Assembly: GCA_002368735.1 (NCBI GenBank)
Contig: DFEQ01000006.1
Location: forward strand, 1-45,637
Source: Christensenella sp. UBA3798
GTDB lineage: Bacteria; Bacillota; Clostridia; Christensenellales; CAG-1252
DNA: 45,637 nucleotides
Reading direction: 5' to 3'
Made by a program: the position numbers and the translations under genes. Positions 10,401 through 22,400 of this stretch are shown piece by piece. A model generated the notes under the pieces. The model worked only from the letters and a program-made list of their open reading frames with translations, made no database searches and was not told the DNA's origin. Positions within the stretch are counted from its first letter, which is position 1. Each line of letters starts with the position of its first letter.

Positions 10401-13400
10401 TGCCCACAGCGAACTTGCCGTCACCGTGAAAGAGGGCACGAGGGAGATATTGACCGTATACTACGTGGGCACGCAGGGCGCTAACGGCGTTTTGTATATC
10501 GCCATCCCCTATTTTGATTTGAGGCTCAAGGTGGACGAAGTGGACTTCGTCTCCAAGATACGCTCCCTCCTCGGCGAGAACAGCGTTTCTGCGGCAGAGG
10601 AGGACGACGCGGAGAGCGGTCCCTCCGTCACCAAGATGATCGCCTCGATGCTGCTTGGCGTCAACGTGTACGACGCCTATCTCGACACAGCGGTCGAGCA
10701 CGGCGAGAGTCGCTTCTACGGCATGCAGGCGCTCTTTGCCAAGAAGGCTTTGAACGTGCTGTTGGAGCTTGCGGGCTTTAGCGGCTTTACCCTTCCCGAG
10801 CTGGAAGAAGGGGACGAAACCTCCTATCTCAAGCTGTATATCGACAAGGCGGAGGATAAGCTCCTCGAGGCGCGCCTTGCCTTTGACATTTCCAAGGCGA
10901 CCTCTATGACCTTGACCGTCTATCAGCCCAAAGTGCAGCTCAACGGCAAGATGCGTTACGACAATAATCTCGGCACCTTTATGAGTATCAGCGAGGCGGG
11001 CTCCTTGACCTTGGGTCTCTCGGCGAGCTTTATCCTCGACAACGACAAGGATAACAATATCGACGTGGCGTCCATCGTCAATATGCTCGTGGAGGACGCG
11101 CACGCGGATAAACTCATCGTCAAGACGGAGGCGTCCACCGCCATCTATACCTTCAAGGTCTCCTTGAACTTCTCTTTGCAGGGCGTGACCGAGAGCCTCC
11201 TCGGGGAAGAGGGCGGTATGAGCGTCAATCAGATGCTCCGCTCCATGCTCAAGAACCTCTACGCCCACATCACTCTCGACCGCACCCTCGAAGGTGTGGA
11301 CGACAGACTTGTGGAGGCGTATTTCTACAACAGCTGTTTGTACCTCGACCTCTCCTCCATCGGTATGCCCAAGGCGGCTATCCCCATGGATATCTCCGCC
11401 CTCATTCCCGCGGACGAAGAGCCCGCCGCGGCGGAGCAAGAGAGCCCCTTGGTGTGCGGTTGTTTGAACCCCGACTGCATAGCGCACGCCGATAGTCATC
11501 CCGACGCCACCCATCCCTGCCGCAACGGCATCGGCGGGATGTACGACGGATGCGAGTGCCGCTACTGCGACCCCGACCCCGATCCCAAGTTTGTGGAAGC
11601 CTTCAACGTCTTCTACACTTCGCGCGGTATCCTCGCAAAGATGGAGACCGAGCTCTTCGCCGCCACCTTACAGGCGCTCGGCATCAAGGCGACCTTGGAC
11701 GTCAGCCTCAACGCGCGCTTGAGCCTGGACGACGGTTTATCCGCTACGGCGGTCTTCTACGGCGTGGATAAGGACGGCGAGAAGGCGCACACCTCCGTCA
11801 CCCTCTCGGTGGCCAAGCCCACCGTGGTCCTCGGCGGCGTCATCGAAGAGATGATAGAGGATACCTCCGACTACGGCTATCTGAACGACCTCAGAAACGT
11901 CAACGTCGATTTCACGATAGAGATCGACACCGCGCTCAACGGTTCTTCCGTTGCGGGGCGTTACTTGATCGACGGCTTTATCGCAGACCTCTTCCGCTAC
12001 GGAGCGGGCGATAAGCAGTCCGAGCTCCCCGTCAACTTGATGCACGATATCAAGGGCAAGATCAGCATCCACGTAGCCGCCAATATCGACTTTGCGGACG
12101 TCAATCGCTCCGAGATACTCCTTCAGGTGTATCATCGTCGCGAGGGCGAGGCTGCGGAAGAATGGATCACCGTCTTCTACGGCGGAGCATACGACCTCAT
12201 CGTATGCCTCCCCATCGTGGACGAAGCATTCAATATGACCTTTAACGTCAATCTCGCCAAGTTCCTCGGGGACGACACCGCAAAGATGATCCGCGATCTG
12301 CCCACCACCTTGTCCGACCTCATCTATGGGGCGCTGGGTTCGGAGGCAGGCGCCGTGGCGGCGGCGGAAGGGAGCACGCCCGATTCGATGCTCGGTTTGG
12401 CATTCTCCGCTATCCAAAACATCGGCTTCCAAGCGGCGGGCAAGATAACGGTGAATGCGGCGCGCACGGTCGTGGAGGACTTCTCCGAGTATATGCTCGG
12501 CAGCATCGTCACCCTTGGCGATATGCAGTACTTCGAGGTGTTCGCCGACCTTCTCAGCCGTGAGATAGGTCTCAAAGCGGGCATCAAGAATAACGCCGAA
12601 GGGCCCACCAATACCTTCGCGCTTACCTTGAAGGACTATTCCTTCTCGCTGGTGAAGAAGGACCTTGAATTCGATAAGACGCAGTATAATACGCTCGAAG
12701 ACTACGAATTCCTTTACGTCAAGGCGTCGGGCAAGATCGATTACGACCTGCCGGACGGCGTCTACGACATCGGCGGACTCATCAGGAGCATCGCCGAAGG
12801 GGTGGAGATCCCCGTCACCTTCGAGGGCCTCACCGGCGAGTTCGAGGTAGTCGTCCAGATGAATATCTGCGTGGAGGAGCTCAAACGCAGCGAGCTGCGC
12901 GTGGACGTTATCTGGAACGATAACTACGTGCTCCAAGCGTATATGGACGTCCTGCGTCAGGAGATATATATCTCGATGCCGTGGTTCGACGTGCAGAAGT
13001 TCCTGATAAAGGGCGTGGATACCTCCTTCCTCTTTGACCTCTTGCCTTCGGCTAAGGGCGACGAGGTGAGCGAGGCGGCAGGCTCCTTGGGCTTTGACCT
13101 TGCTTCTTCCGCCGCGGCGAAGTACGTGACTTTGCTCGGCAAGGTGGTGGACGGCATCTTGATAACCAACGACGAGTCTTCGAGGGGCTTGACGATGACC
13201 ATCAACAGCAACTTCGTCGAGACCTTGCTCTCCGAATTCGCCTCTTCCTTGAAACTCGAATTACCCATCGCTTTCGATACTTCTTTCATCAGTGTGGAGA
13301 GGAACACGCTGGACTTCACCTTTAACCTCAAGAACCCCTATCACGCCGCGTCCGCAAGCGCGCCCGTAGGGTATATCAAGGGAAAGCTCGCCTTGGAGAA

Positions 13401-16400
13401 TTGCGGCTTTACCAACGTCAATATCCGTCCCGATAATACCCAAAACGTGACGGAATTCACCCCCCTCCTCGACTACGAAGAGGACGACCCGCTGATACTT
13501 GAGAATATCAGCGTGAAGACGGAGCTCTTCTTCGACGCGCACCTCCTTGAGCAGCAGCTCAACATGAACGACCTCATGATGTACATCTTCGGCGACGGCT
13601 TTGACCTCAAGACCGAGAAGGTGGACGCCATCTTCCGCTTGGAAGTGCAGGGCACCTTCAACATTCGTCGTATCGCAAGGAGCGAACTCTTGGTCAATCT
13701 GTATATGAATTCGCCCGATCCCGCTCAGCCCGGCAAGTATATCGAAAGGCTCTTTATCCGCGGCTACTACGTGGGTCTTGACCAGGCGGTTTATATCGAC
13801 GCGCCCCTCCTCGGCTTGTACGGTATCAAGGCTACCGGTCTGAACCTCGAGTCCCTGATAGGCGGCGCTTCCTCGGGCGAAGAGTCGGGCGAGAGCCTGA
13901 CCGAGCTCGACTGTGGCTGCAAGTGCGCTTCGTGCTTGGATGGCGGCAAGTGTTACGGGCTGGTGGACGGCGTATTGACACGCCTCTGCGCCTCCGACTG
14001 CACCTGCTCGCATTGCCAAGTGCCGGGATGCACCTGCCGCAACGCGGTGTGCGTGGCTACCGGCAGTTGCTACGACGAAGGCGGCGTCAAGCGTTGCGCT
14101 TCCGAGTGCGGTTGCCACTTGCTTTCTTGCGGATGCGATAACGAGGAATGCTTCTTTAACCGCGGTTGCGTGGGCGCTATCAAGCATTGCGAAGAAGATT
14201 GTCTGTGCTCTTGCTGCACGGTGCCTTCCTGCCACTGCACAAACGTTGAATGTGTGGAAAACGGCAGTTGCTACCGCGCGGACGGCAGTAAAATATGCGC
14301 TCTCGATTGCGCTTGTTCCTGCTCCGTTTTGAAGTGCGGCTGCTCCGACGTCGATTGTCAGGCGAGGGGTACTTGCTACGTTGACGGATCGCGTACCTGC
14401 GACGGCAAGGAATGCTCTTGCGCCTGCACCGCGCTTTCGGACGGCTGTAACTGCAAGACCTGCGCCGATAAGGGCGGATGCGTCGCCCAGGACGGCTCTG
14501 TCCGTTGCGAGAAAGGCTGCACCTGCGAGCATTGCACCTTGCCGTGCGGTTGCACAGACCCCTACTGCGTGGCGGCGGGCGGCTGTGGCTTGAACGGTAT
14601 GTACTGCACGGATAACTGCACTTGCACCTGCCATGGGATAGCGCCTTGCGATTGCAATAATCCCGAGTGCGTGGAGAAGGGTTGTATCGTTTCTTATAGG
14701 AACGCCTATAAGGTACAAGCGAGCGGCGCCAAGGCTTATTACGACATTGCGCGCAAAGTTTATTACCTCGCGGAGAATGCGGACGTGATCGTGGACGAAG
14801 ATGCCCTCGTCATCGAAACGGCAACCTCCCGACCCAAGGTGGTCGCCATCGACGCCATCCACAGAGAGGGCTGCGACCTTGATAAATGCACCTGCTATAC
14901 CGATACCTATCGGTTCAATTGCTTCTGCAAGGACCCCGTGTGTATCAAGAACGGCAAGTGCGTCAAGTGCTATCGCTTGATAAAGGACGAGAAGGGCAAC
15001 GACAAGGTCATATCCATCTGCTATTGCGATAAGAATTTCGTCAAGAAAATCGAAGGTCTCAAAGCCGCGGAGGTCACTTCCGTCGTGTTTAAGAACGGCG
15101 AAACTCCCGTTGCCACTTTGCCGAGCAAGGCGGAGTGGAGCGCTTATATGACCATTGTGGACGGTCTCGTATCTCTGAACGACGCCAATGACAACATCCT
15201 TGCCCTCGAAGGCTACAAGTGGACGGTGTACGTCGAAACGACCTCGGGTACCTATGACTTTGAGTATAAGCTTGGCAGCGGTCCCGTCACGAACGACTCC
15301 TGCAAGTGCCATTACAACGTGCTCGCCTGCTTCTGCACTGATCCGGAGCATATCCGCAGCGGCGTCTGTCCCGGGGACTGCGAATACTGCAACGGCGATT
15401 GCCACAAGTATCGTAGCGACAAGTACGCAGAGGCGTTCGCACAGATGAAGATAACGCCGGCGGGCATCTCTTTCCGCACGACCAACAGCTTCCTCTCCAC
15501 CATCTTCTACGTCTTCTCGGGCAATACCATCAGCAACGTGGACGTGCCGCGCATCAGCGTGGACTTCGCGCTCAACTATATCACGAGGCGCGCCGTGTTT
15601 GACCTTGAAAACGTCAACCAAAGCAGCGTCAAGAAGGTGGTCTTCCAAGGCAAGCACGAGATCGGCGGTCTGTACGAGTCGCTGACCTTGACCACGGCGG
15701 AGGAGATCGCCTCCTATATGGAGATAGGGGAGGGCACCGTCACCTTCTACGATTCCAACGTCAACCTCGGCGAGCTGAAGGACTACGCCTGGTTCGTCAC
15801 CTTCTACGGCGACCTTGACCAAAATCTCGGCACGGTGGATTACGCGATGTACACGGGCGAAACGCAGGGCTTCCTTTCGCATCTCGCCTTGCGCGCGGAC
15901 GTGGTGGTCGAACAATATAAGGACGGCGCGTACACGGGCGAGGAATCCACCTTCGGCGTGTCCTTCGGAGGCATCGAGCTGACGAGCGGCAAGAGCACCT
16001 TTACCATCCTTGACGCGCAGGGAAGGACTGACCCCGTATCGGGCGATCCTCTCCCCGCCGACTTCGCGACCTATCAGACCTTTGAAAAACTGCAAAAGAT
16101 AACGGTGCAGACCGACCTCCACATCGAGATCCATCCCGAGGATACTAACGTTGAGCTCGGGCCCATGCTCAATACCTTGTTCCCCGGTATCGATACCTTG
16201 ATGCAGATCATCGTGGATACTGCAGATTGGACGGAGAATACCGAGATAACCTTTGCGGTGCAAGTCGCCCTCGACCTCAACGACCTTGAGAAGACCCAGC
16301 TCATGCTCACCGTCACCGAGACGAGAGCCATTGGGGATAAACTGCTCGCCTTTATCTACTACGACGGCGAGGCGGCGACCCCCACCTTATATATCAATCT

Positions 16401-19400
16401 GCCCATCCTCGGCGTGCAGGGCACTTACTTTGAGAACGTCACCATCTTTGACTTCTACACCGAGGCGCAGCCCGCTTTGGATTGCGGTTGCGGCGAGGAC
16501 AAGAAGTGCAAGAACGTGCTGTGTATCGATAACGGCTCCTGCTACGACGAATACGGCGTCAGGATATGCGACGGCGAGACCTGCGGCTGTGACTGCGCCT
16601 ACTTCAGTTGCGGCTGCAACTGCGGCGACTGCGTCAAAGCCGACGCTTGCGACGGAACGAAGTGCGGCGCAGGCTGCACCTGCTCGCACCACAGCGTGGC
16701 GGCGGCGGACGATGAGACGGCTCTCGTGTGCGGTTGCACCCGGGCTGACTGCATCGCTTACGGCAGTTGCGGTCCCGATTGCACCTATGACTGCGACGGC
16801 AGTTGCCACTACGTCACCACCAGCGCCACACCGCTTCTCTGCGGTTGTACCGACCCCATCTGCTTGATGCGCGGCAGCTGCTACGAGGCGTGTAAGAACT
16901 GCAAGAACGGCAGATGCCACGACAAGGAGAACGCCGCCCTCTTATTCCACAGCGGGCTCTCGGTCTCCGATCGTATTTACGGCTATCTGTCGCACGTTAT
17001 CAGCCTGACGGTTTCCGACGCGGCGGGCTTCCAGATAGAGGCGGAACCCTCCTTGATCACCACCCTTCTCGTGGCGCTCGGCAGGGACGTGGATATCAGC
17101 GCTCTGGACGGCGTGGGCTCTATCCTCGTGGGCTTCAAGGTGGATGCCAACAGCGATATCGCCATCAACGCGCAGGTGGATCTCGGCGACACAGGCGCGC
17201 ACCTCAGATTGACGGCGGATAACATTAAGATAGACCTCAATAAGAACCTGCTCGAAGTGCCCTCGACGGAGGTCGTTGGCTCCTTGCAGAACTATACGAG
17301 GATGAACCTCAAGAGCTATGTGAATATCTCGCTCTCGGGCGAACTCAACATCACCACCCAACAGGCGGTCCTCGACCTCGGCAGGACGGTATCCGCCGTC
17401 CTCGGCGCGCAGAGCGAGTTTGAGCTCTCCTTCGAGGATGGTCCCGTCAGCCTGGGCTATACCATCGCGGCGAACGTGTCTTTGGAGTCGGTGGATATCA
17501 CGGGACTTATCGCGGGCAAGACCTTTGACGCCAAGAAGGTGCTGGAAACCGGCGAGGCTCTCGTGGAGATCATCGACCTCAAGCACAATAAGACCTTCCT
17601 CTCCATCTATCTGAAAGACGGCGTCGCCTACGTCGACCTCGGCATCTTGGCGAGTGCGCCGCCCATGAAGATAGACCTTGCGAACCTCATCAAGTTCACC
17701 GAAGAGGACTACGTCAGTACGGCGGAAGGGGAGGAAAAGAAGGACAGCGTCTACGACGTATCCTATACCCTCGACCTTCCCGAAGTGGTCACTATCGGCA
17801 AGATGTACCACTACGTGGGCGGCTCTTCGCCCGAATTCCTCGTGGCTTTGAAGGGCTACGAAGTGACGAGCGCCATCATCGTGAACGATGCGACGGGCGT
17901 CAAGACCACCATTGCGGACAAGGATGCTCTCGCCAAATACTTCACCTTTGAATACGCGGCGAATAACGCCAACCACCGCTACGTCAACACCATCCTCTCG
18001 ATGGCGGCGACCAAGGAGGTCAGGGAGCTTGCCAGGGACGGCGAGAACTACTACACCGTCTATCTCATCACCGAGGGCGGCGTGGCTTCCTTCTCGCTCA
18101 AGGTAGCTACGGCAGACGCATACGTCACGGGCGGCGACCGCACCATGGCGCTTGTGGCGGGTATGCTGGGCAACGTCACCTTCAAGTTTGACGAATTCAT
18201 GGTGGGCTTGAATAAGAACCTGATGAAGATATTGGAGGAATACCTCGGCATCAGCCTCAACGCGCCCGCAGTGGACGCGGCGATGTTCTTCGGCAAGAAG
18301 GACGCGGAGACCGTCTATATCGGCGCGACCATCGGACTGAAGAACGGCGAAGGCAAGGGCGTCGACGTCGACTTCCGCCTCGGCAACTTCAAGATCGGCA
18401 TCGGCAAGGCGTACCTCTTGGACGAACTTGACGTCAATAATGATTTGATGCGCACGCACGTGACCCTCGTGGACGGGCATAACGAGATCGTTGAGGGGGC
18501 ATACAGCGATATCGAGAGCATCGATACCGCCTACGCTTCTCTTACGGCGGAAGTGACTTTTGCCGCTTCGGGCGACGCCTCTGTCCCCGCAGACCGTAAC
18601 AGCAAGATATTCGACCCCGACGGCGCGGTCTTCACCTTTGGCGATACCTTCCGCGACGCCATCGGCAACGTGCTTGTCAACCTCGGCATCGACAAGTCGC
18701 TGAACGGCACCTATCGCGTGACCTTGAAGGGCTACTTGAAGACTCTCGACTTTGAGATGCTGGGTCTTTCCGACATCGAGGCATACCTCAAGGTGGAGGA
18801 GAAGACGGGCGAAAGCACCTACGGCGAGATATTCACCATCTATTACGCCGACAACTATATCTATCTGAACTTCAACCCCGAGCGCTTCCCCTACATGACC
18901 CTTCCGGCGACCTGTATCAGGCTGGATTCCGCATTGGATTACTGGACGGGCAAGGATGAGGAAGTCGAGGTATCCGCCGCGGAGAGCGACCTTTCGATCG
19001 CATCCTTCGTCCGCTTGATAGGCGGGGCAACGGTGGGCAACGGCATCATCGCCTTGCACCTCAGCGAAAACTTCGTGGGCGGCATCCTTGAACTCGTCAG
19101 CCCCGAATTCAACAATATCTCTCTCCTCATCGACGAGACCAACGTCGCGTTGGACGTCATGCAGGGCGAGATATCCTTCGACCTCAAGACGAGCGGCGAA
19201 TTTAAGCCCGCGGACTACGTCATCTACGGCAGGGACAGCTATGCCAAGGCGGAGAAGGTTTCGAACGATGAAGCGTATATCGCGGTGTATAACAGCGGCG
19301 CCTTCAAGGGTATGGAGGGCGACTATCTCCTCTGCGCCGGCGTGGGCGGCGGAGAAGTGGAAATACCCTTCAACGTCAGCGACCTCAAGCGCGAATACCT

Positions 19401-22400
19401 CTTTACCGACGAAAACGTCTGGAACGTGATGCTCACGGTGGAGGACGGTAGGTTCGCCATCCCGTCGGGTAAGTTCGAGGCGGGCTCCTATCACGTCGTA
19501 TTCACGATGACGGACGGCACGAATGTCACGACGAAAGCGGGCGACGCCATCGCGGGCGGTGCATACGTGGAGCTTGTGGGGCTCGTCGCGGCAAACGTCA
19601 CGTCGGTCAAGGTCACCATGAACTATCTGCGCCTGCCCATCGACGCATCCGGCCTCTCCGGGGCGAACGGATCCTTCACCACCCTCACTTCTCTCACCTT
19701 TAAACAGGTGGAGGCTTCCAAGGTGTCCGGTGGCTTGGAGCTTGCCGACTTTGCAAAAGCGGGCGGGGCGAATGCCGTCACTATCAAGAAAGCGGCGGTC
19801 GGTGCCCTCGGCGGTGAGCATTACTACGCTTACTTCTTCGCCGACGGTGCTCTCGCCGTGGAGAAGGCGTGGCTCTCGGTGAGCGATGACACCACGATAG
19901 AGCTCTCGCATATCTCGATGGATAACTTGCGCAAGATCGTCTTCGTGCGCGACTATTCGGATGAAACGGAGGCTCCCGAATTCGATTCCTACGCCATCCT
20001 GTCCGCGACAGACGAGGCTATCTTCCTCGACTACAAGGGCAACGTGTATACCAACTACACCGCGCAGCAGAGCTTTGATATGTCCTTCACCGTTAGGGAC
20101 CTGGTCTTCGCCGTCGCGCAGCCCGACGTCGGTCTGTATCAAAAGAATAAGGAAACCACCTATTCCTATAACTATTCGACGGGCGCCGTAACTGCGACCG
20201 CGGGGCTCGACCTGGCGAATTACGCGAATTGGCAGGAGCAGGTCTTCTATCTGGCGACCTCTCTTGAGATCTCCGCCGACTTCGCCACGACCGGCGAGGA
20301 GCTTGCGGGCGGCTATGAACTCTTCGGCAACGACAGCGTGGGTCTCGGCTCGGTCATCGACCAGGTCATCGGCATCCTCAGAATGCAGGAAGGACTGAAC
20401 GAAGTCATCACCTTGAAGGTGGAGATTAAGATATTCGCGGAGGACCCCTACCTGTCCGAGGCGCTCTTTACCTTCTCCGTCAAGACGACCGATAAGTACG
20501 GCGCTGACCCGCAGACGGTCAATAAGCCCTCCATCACCGTTTACTATAAGGGTATGGGCGAGGGCAATAAGAGCTATCTGTATATCGACGCCTCGCGCTA
20601 CTTCCTCGGCAACTTTAAGGTAGAGGCAGATATCGTCACACCCATCCTCGACCTGTTTGACATCGGCTCGAAAAACGACAACTACTCCTCCCTCGACCAA
20701 GAGGTATTGCTGTGCGGTTGTACAAACCCCGAGTGCGTCCTCTACGGTTGCATCAAGGCGGAGAACGGCAGATACGTCGTGCGTTGTAAGGGTACGGGCT
20801 GCACCTGTAAGCATTGCGTGCTCTCCTGCGGTTGCGTGGATGAAAAGTGCCTTTTGAACGGCGGCTGCTACGACGCGGACGGCGTAAGAATATGCGACGG
20901 CGAGACCTGCTCGTGTGATTGCAGCCTCTTGGAATGCGGCTGTACCAACCCCGGCTGTATCGAGCATAAGAGCTGCTACGATGAGGAAGGCAACTTGATG
21001 TGTTTGGTGTGTAACAGCGTCTATTGCCAGCTTGCGGGTCGCTGCTTGTTCGACGACGATTGCGAATTCAGAGAGCAAGGTTACCGCGACCCCTGTACCT
21101 GCTCGCACTGCCGTTTGAAGTGCGGCTGTACCGACAAAGCCTGTTTGGATAACCACAGCTGTTATCGTGACGGCGTACTCCTTTGCGACGCGAATTGCGA
21201 TTGCGACTGCTCCGATAACGCCGTTATCGTCGAGCCCGAGAAGGAGTCGGTTCCTTTCTCCAAGTATCTGCCCTATATGGACAATATCCTCTCCGCGGTG
21301 CAGATAGGCAATAAGATGAGCACCATCGTCTTGAACCCCAACGTCTTCAATAACATATTGCTGATGCTTGGCTATAAGACCTACCTCTGCGATGAGAACC
21401 TCGCCTATATCCGCGCCGAAGTGCACGCCACGACGGCGGAGGGTATGAAGGATACCTTCATCAAGATAGCCGCTAAGAAGGACGACGTATACGACGTCTC
21501 TGTAAAGCTCACGGGCTTCAAGGCGCAGGCGGTGGTCAAGAAGGACGCTACGCAGTTTGCGAGCTTTACCTCTGCATATAACTTTGCTTCGAGCGTGCCG
21601 AACTATGAAAGCTACCCGCTCGTTGAGGAGATGGAGCTGCACTTCGCCACCACCGTCGATATTTCGCTTTCGGGCGGCACCGAAACTCTGCCCATCGGGC
21701 TCAACGACCTCTTGGGTTCCATGCTCGGCTTGGAGGCGGAAGACGTCGCCACCCTCACGGTGGATAACGGCACGGTGCAGACGGGGCTTGACCTCCGCAT
21801 CCATATGGAGATGTTCCTCAACCTGCAGCACAGCAGGCAGACCGAGCTCCTCCTCGAGATATCGCAGGTCAATAAGGCTACGGGTGCGACCACCTTGTCC
21901 CTCGGCGTATACTATCTCAACGCGGAGGAAACCGCATACGTAACCTTGCCTGTCTTCGGACTGTCGGGTCTAAAGATAACGGGGCTCGACCTCTCCGACA
22001 TCCTTGCCAACGTCTTTGAGATAAGGTTGTGGAGCGATATCCGCAACGGCACGAGAGAGAGTGCTTCGGCGGCGGAAGAGGAGACCTCCATCAAGAACGC
22101 CCTGTGGCAACTCATGGGTATGGACCTCGGCGACGACGAGTCCCTCCCCAACGTGATACTCGACTATATCCGCGCTATCAACGAGAGCGGCGAAGAGTAT
22201 GAAGAAAAGTACGACCATAAAGCCAAGTTCGTGCTCTCTATGGGGAATTCCAAGGCGGGCGTCGGCTTGAACCTCTCCTTCATCATGCTCCTGATGGATA
22301 TGCTCAAGGTGGACCTCCCCTCGCAGCTCGTATCCATCTTTGAGACCTATCCGGGCGGCTTCACCGCCGAGGCGTATTACGACGGTGCAGACAACGCCTC

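Noticed and set aside
16253-16867. Sense-strand alternative-frame ORFs inside the giant genes, for example 16253..16867 (204 aa), 2987..3442, 40901..41359 and 21557..21943.
   Set aside because: Their composition is P/R/S/T/A-rich and low-complexity, typical of off-frame reading of GC-rich coding DNA. They have no start context and are fully nested in strongly supported CDSs.
16942-21831. Very long minus-strand ORFs. Examples are 16942..21831 (1,629 aa), 13261..16263 (1,000 aa), 27943..30972 (1,009 aa), 8605..11514 (969 aa), 5773..8523, 3439..5553, 1375..3348, 41977..44685, 38461..40206, 40243..41526 and others.
   Set aside because: Those I checked (16942..21831 and 41977..44685) are codon-aligned with the + strand genes: 21829 and 44683 are in phase with 1339 and 32533. 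Such frames stay open wherever the sense gene avoids TTA, CTA and TCA codons, which this GC3-rich gene does. Their translations are R/H/G/D/V/E-rich low-information sequence with no signals or motifs, whereas the + strand frame shows coherent repeats. They are shadow ORFs.
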